From contig CM119263.1 of assembly GCA_051294375.1 (NCBI GenBank), positions 18,500,628 through 18,564,627 of the forward strand: 64,000 nt of DNA. The letters run 5' to 3'. The notes under the pieces are model-generated. The model ran no database searches. It worked only from the letters and a program-made list of their open reading frames with translations, and was not told the DNA's origin. Shown one piece after another: positions 1 through 11,296 of the stretch (position 1 is its first letter; each line of letters opens with the position of its first letter). Origin of the DNA: Paraspadella gotoi (taxonomy: Eukaryota; Animalia; Chaetognatha). Made by a program: the position numbers and the translations under genes.

Positions 1-309
1 ACAAGAGACGGCGGGGGACGCCGGGAAAACACGGAGAGACAAGAAGTGGACGACGAAGCAACCGGGAAAAACCGAATCTACGATTTCTTTTTCTTTTTCT
101 TTTTTTTAAGAATTCGATTCGCCGTTGGGCAGCGACTTTGTTTATCTACCAGTTTACATATTACAAACATTTAAATTTTGAAATATGTAGAAAATGAAAC
201 GTAGGAGGTGAAGCTTTTATAAAAATCGACAAATAGAATCTAAAATATAATTCCCCCCATTTCCGCCGAATTTTCCATTTTTGTCTCTCGAACGATTTGT
301 TTGTTTACA

Positions 310-1065
310 AGAGGACAAGAACGCGCCGAGGAGAATCCCAGCCGGTTGAGCGACTACTTTGCCGATGCCACTCGACCCACTCCCAAAACGCGATCAACCT
401 CCCCCCATCCAAAAAAATCCTCTCTCCTCCTAACCAGCCAAAAAAAAAATGACCTCCGGATGTAACTCAGTTCCATAGATTTCGGTCGAATAATCCCTCC
501 CGATTTCCCATTTGGAAAAAAAAAAAAAAACCCGTATGTAAAGAGGAAAATTTGGGAAAAGCGAGAGTTGAAAGAATCGGGACGATAATAAACAAACCCG
601 GAGAACTTAATCTCGTTGTGGCGAAGACAAAGGAAAGGAGGAAGAAGGATCGTTTTAGAGGCGGTGAAAGATGGGAGGGGAGAGGTGAAGTGGGATGGGG
701 TTGGGTTGGGTGGGGAACGGAGGCAAGGGAAGAAAGAAAGGAAAGGAAGAAAATACTAATATACGTCTGTGGTACAAGAGACTTACAATTTAATAAATGA
801 GATACGCAATGCTTAATGTTAAGTGAGACCATTGCGAACGCTCACTTCGGCCAATGGGTTCACAACCCCCTACCGGATCAATTTTCGATCAGAATCGACG
901 ACAATGTCGAAAGCCACTGACGTTTCGCCATCGCGACTTTCGGCCCCAAACAAGCCGTGGGCGTCGAGGCTTTTGCCGGAGATTCTCCGGCATTCGGCGC
1001 TGCCGAGAAAGATAAACCCGGCGCCGGAAGAAACGGAGAGATGGAAATGGAAAACTGGTTTATAG
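310..1065 (+). CDS. Possible terminal coding exon of an upstream plus-strand gene (frameshifted)
   Basis: GC-rich, with long open stretches in both copies (copy 2: LRTLNFGQVFTNPLRIDFRSESTTMSSPLTFRHRDFSAQTSSWASRVLPEILR). No recognisable domain. Confidence 0.25.
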
Positions 1066-1931
1066 AGGGAATAAATTAAGAGAAGCGAAAAGGGGGCGAC
1101 CAAAAAAAAAAAAAAAAAAAAAGAGGATTTTTTCTCTCTCTTTTCTGTTACATAAGAATTGGGAGAGAAAAACTCCGATACGAATTTCGCGCCCCTTTTT
1201 TTTCCCTTTCTTTATTTCGGGGAAAAAAATGGATCGATATGAAAAATAGAGAGCATGCTCGTTCGAGATAGGAGAAATTATTTCAGAAATATTTCAGAAA
1301 CGTTCCTCGATTCGAAAGCAATAAAATTATTTGCTTTGAAGAAATTTAAGATAAAAATTATCAGTCGTTAAAGTTGAAAAAACGAAATGAAACAGGCAGG
1401 GATATTATCTTCTTTTTTTTTAAGAAACGGGAAACTAGAAATAAGCACGGATGTAATATTTTTCAGATCGTAAACTTTGACGTTATTGCGGTCGTTTTAT
1501 TACCCAACTTGAAATTTAATATCAAGTTTCATATTTTCTGGCATGAAATAACCGTTTTTTATCCCTTGCATAAATCCTTCCCGTTTGTACAATATTCGAT
1601 TGGATTTTTCTCCTTCTCTAACGGAAGTTTGTGCGACGTCCGATCTGACACGATGTTTGACATTTTGTTTGACCTTGAAACTGATCGCTCGTCAATCAAG
1701 ATATTCATCCGCTGCTTTTCCATGATAAAGTCCTTGTGGTATACCCCAAGATCTTATTCCTCAATGTCATATTTTTCTTCTCTCTTAATTAACATTCTTG
1801 AACCACTTTTTGACAAATTCCTCCGATTATTGTTCTGGTTCTTCATACTTATGCCCTATACTCCCCTTCTACCACCAACTTTTGGGTGTCTTCCCCTTCC
1901 TCGGAACCTAACCTATCGCCCATCTCCTCCC

Positions 1932-3388
1932 TTATCTCCGCGGACTGCAACCCCACCCACCACCCCAAACCCCAACCACCACCCCCAGCCCCAACCCCAG
2001 CCCCAACCCCAACCCCAATTTAAACCAACCGTCGGTAGCGAGTCTCGTTCCTCCGAGATATTCCGTCGAGGGTCCTTCCCACGACGAGAGACGTTGCTGA
2101 CCGCGAAAGTAGGTCAACAACATTTGATACTGAAAATGTTTAAATTCGAACCATGCGTTAGCTTTCAACTAGAAGTTAACAAACAAAACAATACTCTGTT
2201 ACCTGTTTGTAAGCTCCCATGGCGATGCAAATGTGGAAAAGCTGATGGGAGTGGCCGACGACATCGAATTTTCCAGGAAAAAATCTTTCTGGTATTTTGG
2301 CTGAAGTTTTAGAAAAAAAGTGCGTTGATGATTTCGTTAACCTAAAATCTTAATTCACAAATTTCTATACTTACAGGTGAACATAATCACTGCCATTAAA
2401 AACCAACGCGAGTGACTGACGAAATACTCGTTGGCTTCCGATTGGACGTCGCAACAGAACGAAACGTCTTGATTCGCCGATTCATTTGTGAAAGTTGGCC
2501 AATCAGAGATCAGATCGAAAAAGGAAGGGAGAAAACCAGAACCTGATGAAAGAAAAAGATAATAATACTCATGAGAATTATTGAAAAAGAAAGTAAAAGA
2601 GAATAAAAACGTCTGGAGAAAGAGGAAAAAATAAGGGAGAAAAATTAAGGGAAAAAAACGAGATTGGAAAAAAAACCGGAACTTATGCCAGTTCTTAATG
2701 TTAAACTTGACTCCACCTTTCCAAGAGTCGTCCATCTCTTGACCAGTAGCGTTGAGGGCGTCGACGACCGAATTGGCACAACGAAGGTGGCAAACGTCGT
2801 AGAGAGCGACGAAGGCCGGGGTGCTGCCGAGGACGAAGGGCACCGCGGTCACAGAGGCGCGCACCACAGACTGAAGGGTTTGCCGAGTTTGGGTGAAAAA
2901 AAAAAGTACATGGAGAAATGAATATGACTGTGCTGAAGACAAGTAGAGTAGATTAATTATAGTAATACTTAGTACTTAGTAGAAGTAGTTTCTGTTATGA
3001 AGACTAGTCTAAGTAAAAGTAAAAGTTGAATTTATCTAATATTTTTTTTCATCATATCTAAGGCATAAGTGATAAAATTTTGAATTGATTTGATAAAACA
3101 ATTTTATTTTCCCATTTTTATTGGCATTCTCCTCCTTATCTTCCACCAATAGTCGGCTTCGTAAAGTATGAACGAAAAAACCTCACCTTGAGCGAACGGG
3201 GAAAGTTAAACTTGCGGGTGAGGCAACAGGTGAAGCAACAAAGAACGGCGACGAGATTCGCGCCCCAAATGAAGAGAGATTTGTGGAGGAAATGTCGAGG
3301 GCGAATGAGGAAGAAATAGGAGATCGTGGCGAAGGCACCGTACAAGCTTGGAAGGTTTGATGGTGGATGCAAGAGAGAGGAGAGAGAG

Positions 3389-3421
<33 letters not shown>

Positions 3422-3570
3422 GAGAGAAGAGAGAGAGAGAGAGATGGTATAAAGTGATTTGCGTATTATTCAAACCAATGAAGTGACCGAACCAATCAAA
3501 TAATTATTAACATCCTTTTTAAGATTTAAAAGGATGAAACAATTAGTTAGCTAAGACTTATTGATAGATT

Positions 3571-3616
<46 letters not shown>

Positions 3617-4285
3617 CCATCAATCCATAAATCCACCTGATTCCCGCGTAGTCGATGAAGAAGAAGACCTGCCTCGCCTTCAACGTCGCGGAGTTAAAGA
3701 GATGCGCCAGGGAGGAGCAGCCCAAGAGTCCGAACACCGCAGCGCAGTAAATAGGCAGCGGCAATTCTGCGTAGTTCCACCCCTCGTCATCGTCGGCGTC
3801 GCCCGTCGAACGCCACACCGTCACGTGACGCGCGACGTGCAACGCTTGCCACGTTGCGTAGCAGAGAGGAAGAAAGTGAGTCCAGAAATTTAGCGTCTCG
3901 TTGCAGGGAGAGAATACGCTGCGGAGGCAGGCGGCGACCCCGCAGCCGGGTTGACGGTAGCTGAGGTTGGATCAAAGGCGAAATAGGGTTATGGTCTTAT
4001 TTATGTATCAATCGTAAACCAAACTTGGCATAAAAAATTTTAAAAAGTAGCGGCAAAAGTGAGAGTTAGTGAGTTTTTTTTTCCTTACCCGGAAAGTATG
4101 TTGAATTCCCGCACGGACTCTGGAACTTCCGAGGCGGGATAGAGGCGAAACGATGAAGTTGACGGGGTTGTTGAGGAAACCAGGGGCGTTGAAGTTGGTT
4201 GGGGTGTGGAGTGAGATTCGGAAGTTTGTGTCGGAAATTGGGAGGATGAAGTTCGACGACTAAGGTCTCTGGAAGCGGGCGCCAT
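1932..4285 (-). CDS. PAQR-family class II protein (membrane progestin receptor-like, PAQR5-9 group), 7 coding exons, 432 aa
   Basis: Hand-spliced model with all GT-AG introns and consistent phases: exons 4285-4089, 3960-3637, 3346-3187, 2870-2717, 2542-2375, 2300-2203, 2129-1932 (1299 nt including stop). Translation has the PAQR motifs VPE..RE..ILSGYR, NETLNFWTH, SSLAHLF, DYAGISLY and KIPERFFPGKFDVVGHSHQLFH, plus a C-terminal eighth hydrophobic segment typical of class II PAQRs. Exact orthologue not assignable by eye. Confidence 0.93.
3571..3616 (+). repeat. (AATC)n microsatellite in PAQR intron 2
   Basis: About 11 perfect units close to the exon-2 donor. Confidence 0.93.
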
Positions 4286-4437
4286 TTTTATTCTAATCAC
4301 TGAAACGAAATTATACATATTCAAAAATAGTTGAATGAAAAGTAATAAGTCTACAAAGTCTTTCATTTTCGTTTAAAATATATTTTACAAAATATTAAAG
4401 TTATAGAGAGATTTAGAGTGGCCATAAGAGAGAAGAA

Positions 4438-4484
<47 letters not shown>

Positions 4485-6199
4485 AAGAGAGGGACTCTTA
4501 TTTTGCGTTCGATATCTGGCAATGATAGAAATGAAGTCATGAATTCCCGATCAACTTTGAAAAAGAAAGGCGAAATTTAAACAAAAGAAATCAAAGGATA
4601 AAAAATTCTTCCTGAAGTTCTTATCAAAACTCTTCACTTTTTTATAAACTGTCGCCCATTTTTTTCGGAGAAGAAATGTTAAAAGTTAAAAAGCTTTGTA
4701 TTTTAACGTCCATAAATATTCCGGTAAATATCCGGGACGGGCGCAAACTAAATTTAATCGGTCTCTAGAACCTGTTCAGATATAGAATTTAATATAGAAC
4801 AAAATAAAGGGAATTACAATAAAACTTAGAAAAAGTTATTTTTACCGCGCTTCCTTATTTTAGAAAATATGAATCTTTCCTAGAAGAAGCAGCTTTGGTT
4901 TATTTTACGGAACTTTTGCACGTTGCCCAGGGAGCGCGGAAGCTTTATGAAAGAGATCCAAATTTTGTAAAAAATTTACTTCAGCGTCTTTGCCAAAAAA
5001 CCATCTCCTTCCCTTTACGAACATCCCAACATTATCCTACACAACCACAGCTCATCCCATCCCCACAGATTTTTCATCACCACAGATCCTTCCAAAACCA
5101 CGGTAGATTTAGTCGCTAAGGCAACAGGAAAACAATCATTAAAGCAATTCCCGACAATCCCCCCGCCCCGACGACAAACCTTTTTGGGTCATCAGACTCA
5201 TCTTTTCCGCCGAAAAATCTCACGGGAAAGATTTTTTTAAATTCAATGCATAGCTTTTATCCTCTTTTTTTTAGTTTGAAAAATTGATAAGAATAGATAG
5301 TGTATGGTTCCCATTAACTAGGAAGATTAAAAAATAAAAAATAAATAAACAAAATCTAGAAAGAAAAACAATTAATGAAAAAAAATTAAAAAAACAAAGG
5401 CGTACAGAAAGGAAAACATACAATAAATAAGTGGATATTTAGACATATAGTCAATAATGTTACATAAGAGAAAAATTTTCACATAAGTTTTAAAAATTAA
5501 ACAGTAATTAGTTTTCTCACTTGGCTGAATCGCCGATTTTAAATTGTGTGGTCGTGGTCGGGGCTTCGTCCTAAAACCAGCCTGCACTTTTTCCCACAAA
5601 AAAAAAGATTAAAAAAAAAGAATGAAAAAAAAAGAATAACTGGCTGCCAAGACAAAAGAAATACTCTCGCTTACATGAAGTACCGACTTTAATTTGATTA
5701 TTTGTAATTAAGTGAGATAAAGTGATAATACGGTACAGGCAAAAAAGAAAAAAAGAAAGAAAGGTTGTTGTCTCGGTTGTATTTGTGTTGTCGTTGTTTT
5801 TCGTTTAAGGGACCCATGATACAATTTTGTCTCCGCCATAAATATCATGTCGACAACTTTGATAGCGATAGCTTGATTAACTTTCTGAACTTTGCTTGTT
5901 TTGTCAGTATGTATCGTTGGGCATCGCATAAAAGTTTAACCCGCCTATAAGCATGAGTAACATCATCAGCTCATGACATTAGGTCATGTATCGATCCCCA
6001 ATGGTAACTACCAGCGTGAAGCGTGAGGACGGCCGTTAACGCCTTTGGGGGCGAGGAATATCCCCAACCCGGGTTCCAAGCCCAGGACCCGTTCCATTGC
6101 TTGCTCGAGGGGGCAATCGAAGTTCTTCAGCCCACTTTAGCCCTTATCCACATTATATACAACAAATATAAAAACTGTTCAAACATAATAGAAAAGATA

Positions 6200-8036
6200 T
6201 CTTGTCTCCAATGATATTCTGGGTTAAGTTCTCCATCCATTTCACATAGAAAGAGCCCGAGTGTTTTCTATCCAATGAAGTGAAGAATATTTTTTCTTTT
6301 TTTTTATAACCAACGAAATTCGCGACTACAAAAGTCTGCATCAGACCGGATCGAACCCGTCAACCCAGCATTCCACGCCTCGTTGTCGGATCCTCTGAGC
6401 TAATAAATGGCGAGGATGTCACTGGGGGACCCCGGGACCCCCCGGTTTTTATGTTTTGTTGTCGGTTTTACTGGAAAATAAACCAGAAAAATCTGGCGCG
6501 ACAAACAAAGCAAAGAAAGAAACGGAAAATGAAAAAAAAATGGGGGGGAGAAAAATGTGGAAGTTAGAAGAAAGAGAAGAAAGAGAAAATATATCAAAAG
6601 AAAGAAAAGGAAAAAAAAAAAAGAAAAGAAAAGAGAGTTTTAGAATAAAAAAAATTAAATAAGAAATTTAAAAAAAAAACGAATCACGAATATGAACAGA
6701 ATTTAAGGACCACGTTATATTTTATTTAAAACTGAAGTATAGTTATTACAGAAACGTCATTCATTTTTTCCATTATTTTTAGCCGTGGACTAAATTAAAA
6801 ACACAATTATCGTCGGACGATCTATTTTTTAAAAAATAGAAACATTCTGTCATCACTTTTTTTTCCGAATTATTTTCATTCCATTAACCTCGTCGCGTCG
6901 TTGTCGTCGTCGTCGTCGTACGTTTCGGCCCCCTTTTCTTCTCCACCGCCATCTGCTTAATCTCCCATCAGCGCTAAATCAGTCGCGAAACAACGAGCGT
7001 CGTTTTTCGCTGACGTGAGATTCAGGTTGCCGAGTCAAGACGGGAGTGTTAGTACCGGGTTCTTTACATGGGTTGCTGAAATATTTAAAATAAAAGTGTG
7101 AGTCATGTTGAATCTGGGAGTTAAAGTTTTCTAAGCGATGTATACGTTAATTATGTTATATATTAATATGGTGTGGTATGAGTAAACAAGGGCCACAATT
7201 TACGTAGGATTGTTCTCAGTGAAAGCCAAGAGTGAACCTTTGGCACGCCCAGAGTCAGATGGACGCGGCCAATGGGAAAAGGTAAGGATTATGGCGTAGC
7301 ATGAGGAAAGAGGAGGGAGGTGAAAGGAGGGAGGTAGGGAGGAGAAAAAATAGAGCTAGAGGAGGAGGAGAGGAGCAGGAGCAGGAGCAGAAGAGAATGA
7401 TGAGGTTTATGGAACCGGCGGTTTACCAAGGTGTGCGAAGGATCCCTTATTCCTCGGGCGTTTTGTTTCCCTTAAGCATTCCGAATTCAAGGCGGGGTTG
7501 AATGAGGAGGAAGAGGGTGGAATAGGGGCAGGGGTGGGGTGGGGGAAAAAGGTGGGGAGAAAATGAGGAAAAAGGGAAGAGAAATGGGAGGAGAGTAAAG
7601 GTAAAAGGTGTAAGACTGATATCTAATGAATGTATTAATTGACGGTGACCTGAAGAATTGTGAGCATGAAAACACAAAATCAGCTAATTGCTTAAAAAAA
7701 TCAGGGAATCAATTATGGCATGAAATATATAATTTAATAATTTAACAACGCCAAAAAACTGTTGAAAATTTTAAATAACCTATTTTTCACAGAACTCACA
7801 TTAAGCTTCCAATAATAGTATTGAATCGTTGAAAATGATGAAATAATTGTTTTCAAACATAGAGTGATTTTTTTAGTGACTAAGCAATTTCGTAGTGGGA
7901 TTTACAAGTTCAGTTTTATTATTTTTTTTGCCAATATTTCGATTCTTATGGTCTAATAATTTTTTCAAGAGTGAAGTAAGTAGTATAACAGAAAAAAACA
8001 GGGAAAGTGAGAGAGAGAGAGACATTTGGGAAGAGA

Positions 8037-8072
<36 letters not shown>

Positions 8073-9198
8073 AGAGAGAGAGAGATAGGAGAGACGAAGA
8101 GAGATTTTTATTTTCTGAAAAAGTTCGTTAATATTACTAGTTATACTACGATAATTGTAGTTGAGCTTGTATTACAAAATTATATGAGAAAAAAGTTCGC
8201 GATAGTTCTTTTTGTTTTATATCCCAGATCTAGGTGCGACACACAGTGGAAATTTTTAAAAGTTTGATTACGAACATGAGAGCATCCTTGATAGATGAGG
8301 AACTTTATCAATTTAATAAAAAATGTAAATTATTAAACTAGACCAATAATTTAATGTTAAATTTTCATCCCAAATTCTTTTCGACTCAAAAGTTTACTTA
8401 TAGGTGAAAGACGTTTAAATGCTTTTTAAAAATAATAAACAAAAATAAAAATCATAATAATAACCAAAATAGATAAACTAAATGCTATCTTTCTTTGAAT
8501 CAAGCTTTATACCTCCCTCCCACCCAAACCACTCTTCCTTCCGCCTCACAGACCGCAATGACAAAACACAACAACAAAACGCCGTGGCTTTTAAACGAAA
8601 ATCCCTCAGGAATCGCCAAAGGTACGCGCTCCTTCATCTAATGCAAAACAAATCGCTGACGTCTCTCGTTTCATCCGCGATTCGAAACGAACCCTTTATT
8701 TCTTCCCGTTTTTTTTCTCTCTTCATTGAAAATCCTTTTCATTCTCTTTCTCTTCTTTTTTTCTTTTATCCTTTTTTCTTATCTTTTTTTTATTTCTACT
8801 CGTCGGCTCGAAAAACGTTGTTTACTCTGGTCGTGAAATTGCTTCATTAGGGGGAATTGGCGGCCGCCAAGGAAGTTGTCGTCGTCGTCCGTTGTTGTGT
8901 GGTATGCCTCCATCCGTCGCTTTTAGTTTAAGCTCGTCGGCATTGTCAATTTTGTGTCTCGTGTCTTCTCTAAAAGTCAAAGCCGTCGATGTTATTGTCT
9001 GTTTTTTTCGTCGTCGGTTGTCGTCGTCATAGTCGGTGGCGTCTTTGTCCGGTACTTTTTTTTCCCCAAGGCACATATCGTTAGTATCGCGCCCTCGTAA
9101 CAACAATTCAAAATTTCTGTTTAAGTCAAGCGAAAAAATTTACCCGTGAAAAAAGAGAGATAGGAAGAAGAGAAGAGAGAGAGAGAGAAAAGAGAGAG

Positions 9199-9269
<71 letters not shown>

Positions 9270-10240
9270 GAACGAAATTCGGGGATAAATATTTTCTTCA
9301 AAAGTTCGAAAACAAACTGAGAAACTTAAAAAGAGTAAAAAAAAAGACAAAAAACAAAAACAAAAAAAAAAAACAAACAAAAAACAGATTGAATTTTTTG
9401 CGGCGCAAGTTTTGTGATATTCGTAGTGTTGTTTTTTGCCTTTTTATTTGTTTTCTTTTCTTCCTGACGTACTTTGTTTTTAAACAGGGGCCAAAGGTGA
9501 AGAAGTAAACGCCAAGTTATCTAAATCCCAAAACATTCCCTCAGGAAAAACGTAAAAAAAGGATAATAAACTAGAAAGTTTTTGTTTGTATGACGCCTTC
9601 TTAAGAAGTTCTTGCGGTTCAGAGAAGTCACGTTGTCGACCAAAGACTTGGCGGGCCACTCACCCATTAGTCTACTACCTTTACTTTTTTCTACTAATTT
9701 GTATTTGACATTTGAAATTTGACATTATAAACGGCATCAACTGTTATTATCAATATTCTGTTGGAGTTTAAACCTTAAAAAATGTGACTCAAAGAAATCT
9801 GAGGACAAAAGAAAAAACTAAAAATAATATTTTCCTTATTACTTGTTAAATTATACACTTTTTCTCAATGTTAACTCTCAAAATACTACCAATATCGTTG
9901 CTCGTGCCTTCTTCCCAACCTGAAACCAAAACCCAATTTAAATTTTAATGATTTCGATTTCACAGATTTGGTCGGACACAAGGAAACGAGATTTTTGATT
10001 GTGTGTAGTCTCGTTTGTCGCCTGATATTTCTAATTTTTGATCGTCTCTTGCTCATCAGTAACTGCTCATCGTATTGAGTCGTTGTCGTTGTTCTAATCG
10101 TCTTACTGTTTATCGATTTCCTTTTTTTTTGTTGATGAAAGAGAAATTTCGACCCAGTTTTTTTAATTTATTCTTCCCTTTAAATATCTTAGTGCAAAGG
10201 ACTACGTCAAACTTTGGTCGTAACTTTGAATTCTCTCTCT

Positions 10241-10307
<67 letters not shown>

Positions 10308-10600
10308 CTCTCTCTCTTCTTCTCTCTCTATCTCTTCCTCTCTCCCTTTCAGCTGAAACCGGCAAATCAGCTGTCAAAGCCGGCGCCGGTAGTTTCGATG
10401 AGGCCTGCAAAGTTTTATCGGAGATGCTTCGAATGCGGGTCCGGGGCTTAATCGCGAGCTTAATTTTCGTACAAAGAAAAAAAAAAAAAGGGAAATTGGA
10501 CCCTTTACAAAGAGAAAATGGGAGAAAAGCACATCGACAATTCAAGATGAAAATAATCGCAGAAACTCGTCTTCATTCTACTACATTTCTTCGGAATTAT
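6200..10600 (-). CDS. Probable multi-exon gene for a low-complexity (acidic/Thr/Pro-rich) protein; identity and exact structure unresolved
   Basis: GC-richer islands between AT-rich stretches. The inverted copies read EDEDNDNDFNEDDDDSYDFDD (17915), DLDTLAFTSSPLAPVKNKVRQEE (18469), TDGFDFLEKTTTTKMTMPTELKLK (~18980) and PESHVSEKRRRCFQRTDLALMGLSVDGGGE (~23340) near acceptor-like AGs. Some islands also show plus-strand splice signals, so strand is uncertain. Confidence 0.3.
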
Positions 10601-10946
10601 TTATTATTTTTCAACGCGGTCATCTTCTTTTTTTCACATTGCTGGCAATTTTGTGAGAGAGCAAGAGAGAGAGAAGAGAGAGAGAGAGAGGAGGAGAGAG
10701 AGAGAGAGAAGAGAAATTTTTAATTAGAAACAGTCTCTTTTCTTTCTTATAATTACTGACGTTTGTTTGAACAAAGTACTTATTTTCAAAATGGTTTTTT
10801 CAATATAAACTCAAGACGAAATCAAGCTTGAAGCAAAATATCTTTCGAAAATTTCTTAAATATCCATTAGCACTTCCTCGTTTAATCCCGGATCACTTTT
10901 CCCACTTTATAGTGAATCGAAAACAAATTTAGGATCAAGTCCTCTC

Positions 10947-10993
<47 letters not shown>

Positions 10994-11081
10994 TCCTCTC
11001 TCTTTTTTTTTCTCTCTCTCTATCTCTTTTTTTATCCTTCTTATTTTCTTTCTTTTNNNNNNNNNNNNNNNNNNNNNNNNN

Positions 11082-11271
11082 TTTTCGATCATTAAAGTGG
11101 GAAAGTGATCCCGGATTTAAACGAGGAAGTGCTAATGGATATTTAACGAAATTTTCGAAAGATATTTGCCTTCAACTTGATTTCGTCTTGAGTTATATTG
11201 AAAAAAACTTTGAAAATAAGTACTTTGTTCAAACAAACGTCAGTAATATAAAAAGCAAAAAGAAGACTGTT
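11082..11271 (-). repeat. Short inverted copy of ~10730-10925 between two 25-N gaps
   Basis: aaagtgggaaagtgatcccggatttaaacgaggaagtgctaatgg is the reverse complement of ~10864-10908. Confidence 0.9.
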
Positions 11272-11296
11272 NNNNNNNNNNNNNNNNNNNNNNNNN

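Noticed and set aside
1960-2020. Interstitial telomere-like (CCCCAA)n repeat
   Set aside because: Short, mixed with ccccag, and lies in frame within the last PAQR exon.
1374-2312. 312-aa plus-strand ORF
   Set aside because: Antisense to PAQR exons 6-7 and the presumed 3' UTR; TTG start; the PQPQ tract is just the reverse of the LGLG repeat; no domain.
5950-6150. Hammerhead (CTGATGA/CTGAAGA) or HDV-like (TCCTCGC/TTCACGC loop) ribozyme on the minus strand
   Set aside because: No GAAA after a stem II for a hammerhead, and the flanks of the candidate HDV L3 loops cannot form P3.
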